A DNA stretch of 64,000 bases from Camelus ferus. Its lineage: Eukaryota. This document shows, in pieces, positions 1 through 12,237 of the stretch. How positions within the stretch are numbered: the first letter of the stretch is position 1; every line of letters starts with the position of its first letter. Location: NCBI RefSeq assembly GCF_009834535.1, contig NC_045697.1, positions 111,354,001-111,418,000 on the forward strand, written 5' to 3'. The translations under genes and the position numbers were made by a program. A model generated the notes under the pieces. The model had not been told where the DNA came from, searched no databases, and saw only the letters and a program-made list of their open reading frames with translations.

Positions 1-94
1 TCAGTTCTTGCCGAGTATCTGGCTGTGAAGCCCCGGTTCTCCGAGAGTCTAGGTCAATGTCTCACAAAGCGCAGCCTAAAGGCACTTGTCAAGC

Positions 95-639
95 TGTTAG
101 GTGGTTAGATAAGTGGGGGCACCGGGCAGACAGGTGGAGGAGCGGGAGAAGGGTCCAGAAGATGGTGTTATGCCCCCTCCAGCATAAAGGGGCTTCACTT
201 CTAAATAAGCGCCAGCAAGAAACTGGTCAGGACCCAACAGCCGCAACTGCACATAGAGACAAGGACCTAACCAGACATGACCTAGTGCTCACTGTAATAT
301 AATTAACATTGCCATTTGGCCCCGCCCCTCAGGGGTTGTTCTGTGTGCGTCATGGGTAAGGACATGTGCAAAGAGGCCAAACACGAATGACTAAGCACTC
401 CAGGCACAAGCCGTCAATCAATCAAAAGACCACCTCTAAGCGATGGTGTAAGAAAACGGGCAAAGATCGACGCTTTCGCCCTTTGGATCAGCCCACCTCC
501 CGTTCTTGGAGGGGTACTTTTCTTTTCCTAAATAAATCCTTTAAAATCTTCCACTACACAACGCTCTCCATCTCCCATCTGTAATCTTGTCTTTTGGGTA
601 AGACAAGGACTTTTTTTTTTTCCTTTTTGGGGGATAACA
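95..639 (+). mobile_element. ERV1-type solo LTR (copy 1 of a local family)
   Basis: TGTTAG...ATAACA termini; 4-bp TSD aagc/aacc; colinear with 5413-5960 and 36623-37173. Confidence 0.85.
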
Positions 640-1059
640 AACCCTCAGGCACCTGTCAGAAACTGAGCTTGCTAAAGACTCAGAACAGCCGGCCTGGCGT
701 GCCTCATAGGAACCCATCTTCAACCACCCCCAGAGGGTTCCGAGCTGTGCGCCCACTCCCCCTCCTCCCCGTGAGCCCCCACCTCTCTCCTGTCGCAGCT
801 TAGGCTCCCAAACCCCCCCAGTCAGCCACGCTCACATGTAGCCTTCAGCTGGTCTGCTGTTCCCCATCTGCTTTACAGGCCTGGCAAACCCCCAGCGCTG
901 GATAACACCCACGTCTCTACCCTACGCCTGCCCCTGTGGCTGCGGGAAGCTGGAGAAAACACACACCCTGCTGAGCTGTCTCCCATCCACAAACAGCAGC
1001 CTTCCACAGGCCTGGGTCCTGCCCTGTCTTCCTCCCGGCTCCCTTCACTCCCCCATTTC

Positions 1060-1215
1060 CTAGATGAGTGCGTACCAATCACCTGGGAAATGGTAAAATG
1101 CAAACTCTCCTTCACCAGCTCTGGGGTAAGGCCCAAGAGTCTGCACTTCTAACCAGCTCCAGGTGACACTGAATCCAGCTGCTGCTGGGCACCATACTCT
1201 GAAGAGCTAGGCCTA
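1060..1215. mobile_element. MER5-like hAT-Charlie DNA transposon relic
   Basis: Motifs aatcacctggga...aaaatgcaaactc...ggggtaaggcccaagagtctgcacttctaac...caggtga, typical of MER5A. Confidence 0.6.
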
Positions 1216-1229
1216 GTGGACTTTCTTTT

Positions 1230-1760
1230 CACACGTTCTCCTTTCTCCTAACACCTCTAACGCATCCTCTGCATCCTCACTCTCAGCTGATGCTTCACAC
1301 TGTGTTTCACTGTGAATATGGAAACAATCGGGAAAAATGAGCCCCCATCACCATCCCTTCCAATCTCCCTCTGGACTCTGCACCTCCTTCAGCCAGTGCC
1401 TCATTTATCTTCTTCGTTTTACAGCGAAATTTCTGGAAAGACTTGCCAGTACTCTCCATTTCTAATGTCTCTCCTAGTCTCTCTTAGATCCTTCCCAGTG
1501 GGGCCCCCACTGGTCCACTGAAACAGACTTGTCAGGACTCTCCACACGGCCTCCTCCACGAGGTTCCTGTAGCTGACACTGGTTAGCCCTCCCTCGTTCC
1601 TGAAACCATTCCAGGCTCCCAGGACAATGCACTGGGTTTCATCTCCACCTGAGACTCCATTTCTCATCCCTCCTTATTACCCAGCCCTCGAAAAGCTGCA
1701 GGGTCCCTGAGCCCAGTCCTCAGATTTCATTCTTTTCTACCTATATTTATTCCCAGCATC
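1230..1760 (+). mobile_element. L2 LINE fragment
   Basis: Pyrimidine-rich L2-like phrases (ccactgaaacagacttgtcaggact, cagtcctcagatttcattcttttctacctat). Confidence 0.55.
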
Positions 1761-2014
1761 AGATTTTCCTAAAGTTTCCACATTATGAAATGCAGAGAAA
1801 ATAATGTTTGCATGTCACACTAGAGTTAACAGACAGAAGTGGCTTCTTGTGGCCACAGGGGACATGCTGGGGTCCTTCAGGACCCCCTCCCTGAGGGCGA
1901 GGGAGCAGTCACTCGGCACAGGTTCGGGCATATTGGTTGGGAAGGTGTGCTGGCACTTTGTGGGGTTGGTAAGAATTGTTGAATGAATAAACAAATGGAG
2001 TTTTAGAGAATGAA

Positions 2015-2458
2015 TGTTACAGATTAAAAAATACAAGTTATAAATGTGGAGGTTAAGAAAGAAGTAATGGTATAGGATGTTTGGAAGATAAGTTAAAGGT
2101 TAATTAATGCTAAGGTCAAGAAACCTGTAAAAAGTTCATAGCTAAAAAGATCCTGTTCTTGCTGAAAAGATCCCAACAAATGAGAGTGATGCTCAAATGA
2201 GCGGGACGGCTGCTTACTCCCAGGAGTAGGTAGGTTTGCCAGGGAAATGCATCATTTTCCCCAAACTAGGCAAGTGGAAATGGGGCTTTAAACCCAGAAA
2301 TGACAAACATCAACCTCGACCCTGTAACATCCTGTTCAGCCTTAAATACATCAGGGTTTAGGATACGGATTAAAGGAAGAAATCCTAGCCACACAATACA
2401 CTTGACAGTTATCTCCTTTCCCACTCTTCGGCTCCCGCCTGAGGGCCACCAGTTAACA
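2015..2458 (+). mobile_element. Probable solo LTR, family not identified
   Basis: TGTTAC...GTTAACA termini, a TATA-like cttaaata and an ATTAAA signal in LTR order; no clear TSD. Confidence 0.4.
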
Positions 2459-2748
2459 GCTCATCAGCACTTCTCCTAGGAGAGATCAGAAAGACACGCT
2501 ATTCTGGCTCCCGCTGGTCCACCTTCCTTTGCCTCAAGCACTGCAGACTCTCTGATGAGCTCTGGGGAGACACAGCTGAGGAAAGGGCGCCACCTGCTGC
2601 ACCCCGGCTTCCAACCACAGCAGCCCTCCTCACTGCCTGACCTGCTCCCCAAAGGAAATTTAACTAGAGCAAAGCTGGCGGAGAGACGAGGTAGAGAGAT
2701 ATGAGGCATTTAATTGCTCTGCTTAGAACAGTGTAAGAAGCAGATCTA

Positions 2749-2922
<174 letters not shown>

Positions 2923-5412
2923 TCAAGAAGAACCAAGACATTCATATTAGAAACAACCTAAAAACATGCTTCCTATCAAGCATCTCCTGATTTTCTAGCA
3001 AAATACTGCAGATCTCCCTTGTTTAAGAATCAAAATATGCTCCAAAAGTCACTGAATTTTTTTGTGCACTCTTTACTCTGCTTTTTCTCAAGCAGGCAAA
3101 TGAGAAGTAACCCCCTGAAAACCGGTGTCTTGTTCTGAGTCAAAGACCCTGCAGTATCTTCCAAACTATCAAAACAAAACAAAAAAATGAAACAAAAAAA
3201 GTAAGTCTGTTAACTCTGTAAAATAGTTCTGGTCTTCACACATTTCATTGCTTTCTATTATAAATGTGGTCACTTGTGTTTACTTTACATGCCCACTGTC
3301 AGTTAACAAGATCTTACATTACAGCCCTTCAATACTTGTTCTTTATAGAGAAAAGGATATATTCTGGGAGTACTTCTTTTTTAATTCAAGTATAGTCAGT
3401 TGCAACGTGTCCATTTCTGGTGTACAGCATAGTGTTTCTGTACTGTGAGCACTTTTGCATTAAACCTACTAACAATACTATTTTGGTTGAAAATCCATGG
3501 CATGAAAGGTCAGTGAACTTATTAACTGAAAAGTGGGCTTAGAAAGAAAATGAAGGACTTGCTATTGAGAACAAGCTCCTGAATTCAGTTGCCATTTTCA
3601 ACTAACAATTGCAGAGCAAACTACAGAAACAGGTTTATTTTTAAACATTCAACTGTCAGTATGTATTTGAAGTGACAGAAAGTCACTTAAATTCTTTGAG
3701 AAAGTACTGCTTCTGAAATATCAAATGATATTCTATCAAGCTTGGTTACTTAACAAAACATGTCCCACCCCGAAAATGCCCCAGTTGCTTTTCACTCAGT
3801 CTGGCCCCAGAAAATGAATTTTCTTTTGCTACTAATGATATTTGAATATTTCCTTACAGAAAATAGAATGAGTCTCGTGTGTCCCTTAGTCATGGGGGAA
3901 TAAATCTGGCCGTGGTATAATGTTCATCAAAGAGATGCCCTTGGTTATCAGCAAATTTTTGTTTTTGCATTTGTTATTTTTTTTTAAAAAGCAAAACTTC
4001 TAAAAGTCTATAAAAGTAACACACAATTCTTTTCTCTAAAGGCAATTTACCAATGGTAAAAAGTTATCCATGTTGTCAGTAATAATAAACAATAATTTTA
4101 ATAGTAACCAGTAGGGTGAGAAGAGAGTAAAGACATCTAGAAAAAAAATTTTTAGGAGCTAGTGACTTTCCTCCAAGACTTACCTATGGATAAGCCAACT
4201 AAAATTGAAAGAGACTGAAATTTAGCCAGTGGAAACATAAAAATTCAGCTTTCTGAATGAAATTAACACGGTGAAAGTCACTGGGATCAGAAACATTGTG
4301 GAGATGCATCCATTCATCTTGAGGCACAATAATTTGATATTATCAATACTATAAAACTTAGAGAAATGAAGGTTTGAAATATTCCTCATCGTTGGAAAAT
4401 AATCACTCCAAAAACATAATTCACCTACATTAGGCACAAATTTGCCCAGTTACTATTTGTGACTTTACTTTCTCTGTCTCTGAAACCCAAGACTTTCTAT
4501 TACAGTATGCGATTAACAGAGTTAAATAAGTCGGTGCCTATCTCTGAAATGCCAACTGTGGAGCACAACTTTTCTGTCTGAAAAATTCCGCTGCAGTAAT
4601 AAGTCTCAACCGAAGTGTTACGGGCTGTCACGACTCCACACGAATGCAGACTGGGAAAGACTGTCATTTCATGGCTCTTGCAAAGGAAATTCCAGAAGTC
4701 TGAATTTCACTCATTCCTGCAGAAACTACCATGCTACACTTGTCCTTCCTATCACTCTCTCCCAGGATTCCAGGACATTTCAATCAACCAAAGCTAAAAA
4801 AATAAATAAATAAATGAAACCCAGAAGATTCTTCATTGTTGCTAGAATTGTTTGTATCGATAGCCTTTAAATCCTCGAATACTTAAGTGTCACCCAGAGG
4901 GTTTGCTGAAATGGCTCTGGGACAGGAAACTCATTTTCAACAAGAACCCAGACGATTCTGATGCAGGTGCCCAGGAACCATTCTTTGACAAATTCTTTGG
5001 AAATTTTGAGAACTAGACGGTTCCAAAACTACTGAATGGGAGCACTTCTTAGCAAACTGTTTACCCTAATTAACTCTGATTCCAGTCCCTACAAACATCC
5101 CTGTAAAACCCTGCAAGAGATTTCCTCTCAGCCAGTCACTGAATTAGAGCTCCTAATCACCTATTTTCCACAAGTGGTAAAACTGGTCCATGCTAAGATT
5201 TCAGGCCCAGGTGTTCAATTACTAATCACTACCATACTGCTTCACTGTCAAGAAAACAATGTCAGCACAGGACATCTGGTAGTCTCCACTGATCTGTCAC
5301 CAGCCTTGGGTTCCCTGAACTGGAGCGATCTGTGAGGTGGGCTGTGTGAGTGCATGGTAAACACCACTCTGACTGCTTCTACTCAGCCTGCACCACAACA
5401 CCGAAGTCATAC

Positions 5413-5960
5413 TGACAAGCAGTTAGATAAGTGGGGACACCGGGCAGGCAGGTGGAAGAGAGGGGGGGATGGTCAGGGAGATGGCGCTGTACCCGCCTCC
5501 AGCATAAAGGGGCTTTACTTCCTCTAAATGAGTGCCAGCCAGAAACCGGTTAGACCCCAACAGCCACGCCTGCTCAGTACCATAAAGGACTTAACTGGAC
5601 ACAACCCAATGTTCATTGTATTATAGTTAACATTTCAGTTTAGGCACCCCTCCATGGGTTTTTCTGTGTGCATCATGGGTAAGGACATGCACAAAGGGGA
5701 CGAGCATGACTGAGCACTCCAGGGGCAAGAGCTGTCAATCAATCAAGAGACCCCCTCTAAGCGAGGGTATGAGAGAAGGGGAGACAAAAATCGCTGCTTT
5801 TCCTCCCGTGCATCAGCCCGCCTCCCGTTCTTGGGGGTATGCTTTTCCTTTTCTAAATAAATCTTTTAAAAATCTTTCACTACACAACGCACCATCTCCT
5901 GACAGTAAACTTACCTTTCAGGTATGACAAGGACTAGGGTCTTTACCTTTTGGGGTGACA
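5413..5960 (+). mobile_element. ERV1-type solo LTR (copy 2)
   Basis: TG...TGACA termini; TSD atac/atat; colinear with 95-639. Confidence 0.85.
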
Positions 5961-7299
5961 ATATCAGTGTGGGTCACGGGGATTTGTGGGAAGATCAAGT
6001 TCTCCTTCCAGGTGGCATAAAACAGAACTGCAGGACCTGGTCCTTCTTCTTTGCAGCTTATTATTATATAAACCGATACAGCTTTTAGATGGATTAATGC
6101 AACTGCCACCCTAAATACGACAAGCATTCTCCTTTTTCTGGCGGCACACGTTTGGGTTTTATTTCGCTCTGTATTGCAGGTTTGAACCAAGAAAGAACTT
6201 AAGCAGCGGCTGAACTTGTTTTTCAATTGTTGATCGGAGTGATAATCTTATGGACATCAAGTATCATGAGTCTGACAGCATAGCTCCAAGAAACCTTTTC
6301 TGAACTCACAGGACTGGGCGAGGGACCCTTCTGTGCACTGCTGCCATTACTCTTTATTTTAGCATTTATCATCCTCTCTTTAATTAGATCTGGATGTCTG
6401 AACCCCACTGATACAGAGCCTCATGGAGGGCAGTCACTATCCTCAGTGCCTCACAGGGTGCCTAGGTCACAAAAGCAGCTCAGTAAATTTCTGTTGAGAA
6501 AACATGTAAATAACAGGAAAAGCACTGTATCAAGGAAGTCTGCTTTGATATCTAAGCAGAGAACACACCAAACAGGCCCATCTTACTTCCTCTACCCAAA
6601 AACACATTTTCTAATTTTGCTCTTAAAAGATTCATCCAAATACAACTCTCCTTAAAGGACATTCTACCGGGGTTCCCACTAAGGTTGCTCCAGGGCCAAC
6701 ATGTTTAGTTTTGTTGTTGAAAAACACCTTTTTATGTTAACGTGCAGCAGGATTCCGCTGATTAAAAAAATCCTGCGTAATGGGTGTCCTTTAACCACTG
6801 TCTGTCATCAGTGGAGCTATTCCATGATAATTCCTTTCGCTAAGATGTGATATGGATATTTGACATGTGTAAAAGGATTCTCAAGCTGATTTTACACTTT
6901 TTACTGCACTGGGTTCATATGCATATGCTTATATGTACATATATATGCCAATAGCTAACATGTCTATTTAATAGCATTTGTTTATGTCAAATTAGTTTAA
7001 AAATCAGTCTGGACTATCTGCTAGCACGTGAAACTAACATCAGTCTCCTAGACTTTGGGTGTCAATGGCCACATATGGGATGCAATGTGAAACTGTGAAG
7101 GTGCTGCAGGCAAGGAGCAGAGTCCTCAAGTCTTTCCCACCAGCACCGCCCTGGATGCCAGTGTCTCCCTGGCACAGAGGGGTAGGGCTGGCTGGGCACT
7201 GGCCTGGGTGGAGTTTGAGTAGGTAGGTATTTTATTCTGACACATGGTGAGATTTCCCCCAAATTCTGTACTGCGACTCTCTCTCTGGTAAAGATCTAA

Positions 7300-7575
7300 G
7301 CGTATGTCATGAGCAGCAATATGGCATGGTAACTCTGGAACTAGAGCTTGGATTCTGGCTGAATGACTTCAGGAAAGCTGCTTAACTTCTCTGTGCCTCT
7401 GATTCCTCGTTTTTAATTCAGGGATGATGATGATGGAGAAGACGACGACGATGATGCTACAATTTCCCTCACAGTGTTGTTATAATACTGAAATGAATTA
7501 ATTATTACATGGAAGACATTTAGAACAATGCCTGGGAAACAGCAAGTGCCCAATAAATGTAAGTTGTCATTATTA
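7300..7575 (+). mobile_element. MIR SINE followed by (ATT)n
   Basis: MIR core: cttaacttctctgtgcctctg...tttagaacaatgcctgggaaacagcaagtgcccaataaatgt. Confidence 0.75.
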
Positions 7576-7605
7576 TTATTATTATTATTATTATTACCTC
7601 AAATC

Positions 7606-7758
7606 CAGCTGAGTCTAGGGTGAGACAAGTGGGCACAGAATTTAAGGAGGCGTTCACTCTCAGGTGCTGATCCTGTCCCTGCATGACCCTGAGAGTGAAA
7701 GGCTCCTTAAATTCTGCATCCTGAGTGGCTCACTTACCTCATTCTAGTCTAGGTCCTG
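7606..7758. mobile_element. MER96-like palindromic hAT MITE
   Basis: ctagggtgagacaagtg...cagaatttaaggagg...ctccttaaattctg...cacttacctcattctag; internal inverted arms at 7636-7664 and 7688-7716. Confidence 0.75.
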
Positions 7759-8076
7759 CCCAGGATGCCCAACAGACCCAAGGTGATCAGGGGGAAGGAG
7801 GGTCGCCCTTGCTCAGTGCAATATGAAAGAAAACAGGGGTTCTTTCCCCCCTCACTCTCGGCAACTCTCCAGTTTAACCAGTTCTTAGCATATTCATGAA
7901 CCACAACACCTATGACAAATGACAGCCTATTTGAACCACTAATGACACATTTTCCAAATGCCGTGTCCTCATTCTGGGTCCGATGGATTCCCCTAGACTG
8001 GGATCCTCTTAGGAGACTATCGTGCACCCGGTTTAAATGCTCTCAAGTCTCTCACTATACGCTGGAGACCGCTTAC

Positions 8077-8216
8077 CTGCTGGATGTAGCTAATGAGGGA
8101 GTTCTTGTTATCCTCCCAGTAGCTCTTCAAGGTCTCTTCGGGCGGGAACTTCTCACAGCTAAGCTCCACGGTGATCTCAAAGCAGTTGCTGCTGAGGTAG
8201 TTGAAGTCTTGCATTC
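8077..8216 (-). CDS. CPE: Carboxypeptidase E, exon 6 (140 nt)
   Basis: (G)[46 protein letters not shown], with the catalytic Glu in ITVELSC. acag acceptor, gtaagc donor. Confidence 0.98.
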
Positions 8217-8559
8217 CTGTCAAAACACCGAATGAAAAGTCAAAACAGGCGTGTGGTGACTAAAACGCTACACAGGCTGTTCTGCTGAACTGAAAGCCAA
8301 GGAAAGGTGTACCAGCCAGTGCATTTCGGGGAGACTGTGGGAAACTGCAAGGGAAATCACCTGTCATAAGGGATGGGACCACACACTCGGGAGACAGTTA
8401 CCACCGCACAGGCACAAACTCTCTCGGGTTCTTAAGCTGTCACTTAGCGCAACGCACTGCCGCTGCAGGGTGCTAGAGCGGTCAGCCACATTCCACGCCG
8501 CTGCAAGCAGCTTCCCCGACCACAACAGGGAGTGACTTCATCGAAGCGTGCAACAGGCG

Positions 8560-11500
8560 TTTCCTACTGTCTCCCCTCCCCAAAGAACCCCAATTTTGGC
8601 AATTATCCATGAATAGAGTGCCTTTGTGAAAGTCTAGGAGTCCAATGGAAAAGTTCCAGCACACCACTGGAGCAAAAAATAAAAATAATTCAAGATTGGA
8701 CACACTGAAGGGAGTAAGAGGAACAGGTTCACTGTATCTGCATCACCCCTTCTCTAAGGTGGCACAGCTTGGCGCCAAAAGAGACCTAATTAGTAACATG
8801 AAAACATATGAAAATATACAACACACTGGTAAAGGTAAGTATGTAGTCAGATTCAGACCATTCTAACACTGTAATATGGTTGTGTATTCATCACTTAAGT
8901 CTAGTATAAACGTTAAGAAATATTAAAAGTAACTATAGCTACAATCATTTGTTCATGGATACACACAATATGGAAAGATGTACACTGTGACATCAAAATA
9001 TCATTTTATATGTCACGGGAGGGAAGTCAAAGGGTAGACTTTTTGTTTGCAGTCAAAGTTAGGTTGTCGACAACATAAAACCGCCTGTTAAGCTGTAAGA
9101 TGTTTTATGTAAGCTTCATGGTAACCATAAACCAAAAACCTACAGTAGAGTCAAAAAAGTTGAAGAGAAAGGAATTAAAACAGACCACTGCAGAAAATCA
9201 TCATTCACAAAGCAAGAGAGCAAGAAGAGAAGAAAGGAATAGGGGAACTGCAAAACAGAAAACAGTAAGATGGTAAGTACTTACCTATCAATAACTATTT
9301 TAAATCTAAATTGATTAAATTCTCCAATCAAAAGGCATAGAGTGGCTGAATGGATAAAAAAAAAAAGACCCAACCGTATGCTACCTACAAGAAACTTACT
9401 GCAGCTTTAAGAACACACATAGGCTCAAAGTGAAGGGATGGAAAAAGGTGTTCCAGGCTTATGAAACCAAGAGAGAGGAGAGGTAGCCATACTTATCTGA
9501 AATACACTTTAAGCCAAAAACTGTAACAAGAGACTAAGAAGGTCATTTTGATAAAGGGGTCAATGCATCAAAGGACATAACTATCAAAAATACATAAGTA
9601 CTCCACATTGGAGCATCTAAATACATTAAGTAAATACAAATCTGAAGGGAGAAATAGACAACAGTACAATAATGGTAGGGGACTTCAATACCCCACTTTC
9701 AATAATGGATAAACAGACCATCCAGACAGAATATGAGTAAGGACACACTGGCCTTGAACTATGCTTCATACCAAATGGACCTAACAGACATACAGAACAT
9801 ACCATCCAACAGCTGTACATTAAACATTCTTCTCAAGCACACATGGAACATTCTCCTGGATAAATCGTATAAATCATAAAGCAAAGCTTAGCAAACCAAA
9901 GTAGACTGAAGTCATAGAAAGTATCTTTTTCAACCACACTGACACGAAACTAGAAGTCATAACAGGAGGAAAACTGGAAAATTCACAAACGTGTAGAAAA
10001 ATGAACAACACAATCTCTAACAACCAATGGATCAAAAGGAAACCAAAACATCTTGAACAAATGACAATAGAAACACAACATACCAAAATTTATAGGATGC
10101 AGCAAAAGCAGTTTGAAGAGAGGAGTTAATTATGATAAATGCTCACATTAAGAAAAAAGAAATATCTCAAATAAACAATTTAACCCTACACTTTAAAGAA
10201 CTGGGAAAAGAAAAAAATCAAGCCCAAAGTTAGCAGAAGGAAGGAAATAATAAAGATCAAAGCAGAAATAAATGAAATAGAGATCGAAAAAACAACAGAA
10301 AAGATCAATAAATCTAAGAGTTGGTTTTTGAAAATAAAAACAATATAGGCAAACCTTGAGCTAGACTTAACAAGGAAAAAAAGAAGGACTCAAAAAAATA
10401 AAAAATTAAAGAGGAGACATTACAGGTAATATCACAGAAATACAAAGGATCAAAAAAGACTACTGTGAACAACTATAAGCCAACAGCTAACCTAGAAGAA
10501 ATGGATAAATTCCAAGAAATATACAACCAACCAAGACTGAACCATGAAGAAACAGAAAATCTGAAACAGACCAATTACTAGTAAGGATATTGAATCAGTA
10601 ATCAAAAACTTCCCCAAAAGAAAAGCCCAGGGCCAGATGGTTTCACTGGTAAATTCTACCAAACATTTAAAGAAAAATTAACACCAGTCCATGTCAAACT
10701 CAACCAAAACACTGAAGAGGAGGGGACACTCCTAAACTCTTTACAAGTCCAACATTGTGCTGACTCCAAAGTCAGATAGGGAGACTACAGGAAAATTTAC
10801 AGGTTAATTATTCTGATGCATAGACACAAAAATTCTAAAAACAAACAAACAAAAAAACACTAGCAAACTGAATTCAACAGCACATTAAAAAAAATCATAT
10901 ACCACAGTCAAATGAAATTCATCCCTGAGAAGCAAAGGTGGTTAAACATACACAAATCAATAAATACACCACATTAATAGAATGAAAGATAAAAATGATA
11001 CGATGATCTCAAAAGATGTAGACAAAGCATTTGATAAAATTCAACATTTTTTCATGATAAAAACCCTCAACAGATTGGGTATAAAAGGAACAGATGTTAA
11101 CACAATAAAGTCCATATATGACAAGCCCATAAGTAAAGTCCATATATGATATGACATCATACTCCATGGTGAAAGATTTAAAGCTTTTACTCTAATAACA
11201 AGAAAAAGACAAGAGTGCCTACTCAGCACTCCTATTCAACATAGTACTAGAAAGTCCTAGCCAGAGAAATAAGGCAAGAAATATAAAGACATCCAAGCTG
11301 GAAGGGAAGAAGTAAAATTATCTCTGTCTGTAGATGATATGATCTCACATACAGAAAATCCTAAAGACCCCACAGACACAAATACTGTTAGAACTAGTAA
11401 GAGAATTTATTACAGTTGCAGGATATCAAACCAACATACAAAAATCAATTGCATATATATATATGCATATATATATTTATTTTTATATATATATATATAT

Positions 11501-11605
11501 AAAAATAAACTATCCAAAAAACAGATAAAGTCATTTACAATAGCATCAAAAACAATAAAATACTTAGGAATAAATTTAACCAAGGAGATGAAAGATTTGT
11601 ACGCT
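8560..11605 (+). mobile_element. Old L1 (L1M-type 5'UTR piece, ORF1 largely deleted, ORF2 EN and RT regions), abruptly 3'-truncated
   Basis: ORF2-derived text such as aaaagcccagggccagatggtttcactgg and FTIASKTIKYLGINLTKEMKDLY; many stops and frameshifts; no 3' end or poly(A) at 11605. Confidence 0.9.
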
Positions 11606-11750
11606 GTAAGTATGTAGTGGGATCTCACTGATATTTTAATATGCAGTTCTCTATTGATTTATGAAGTTGAGCATCTTTTCATTCACTAATTTGTCTTCTA
11701 TATCTCTTCTTTGGTGAGGTGTCTGTTCAGATCCTTTGCCCAATTTTTAA
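11606..11750 (-). mobile_element. Old L1M ORF2 3' fragment (left half; continues at 16107-16232)
   Basis: gttgagcatcttttc...gtgtctgttcagatcctttgccca; the sequence resumes colinearly at 16107 (tgcccatttttaatagggttgtttattttc). Confidence 0.7.
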
Positions 11751-11890
11751 CACCTTTATTGTGCTATGATTCCTGTACAGTAAACTGCACATATTTCAGA
11801 TGTACAATTTGATGAATTTTGATAGATGTATACACCAATAAAACCACCACCACAATCAGGATAGCTCACATTTCCATCACTCCCCAGGAG
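11751..11890 (-). mobile_element. L1MA/L1MB-type 3' end fragment
   Basis: tttattgtgctatgattc..tacagtaaactgcacatattt...accaccaccacaatcaggata. Confidence 0.65.
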
Positions 11891-11892
11891 GT

Positions 11893-12160
11893 GCAATTTT
11901 CAAATTCCCAATTTATCCCTTTCCATCCCCTTTACTCCCTGGTAACCACAAGTTTGTTTTCTATGTCTGTGAATCTGTTTCTGTTTTGTAGATAAGTTCA
12001 TTTGTGTCCTTTTCTTTAGATTCCACATATAAGTGATATTATATGGTATTTTTTTCTTTCTCTTTCTGGCTTACTTAACTTAGAATGACATTCTCTAGTC
12101 CATCCATGTTGTTGCAAATGGCATTATTTTATTCTTTTTTATGGCTGAGTATTATTCTGT

Positions 12161-12237
<77 letters not shown>

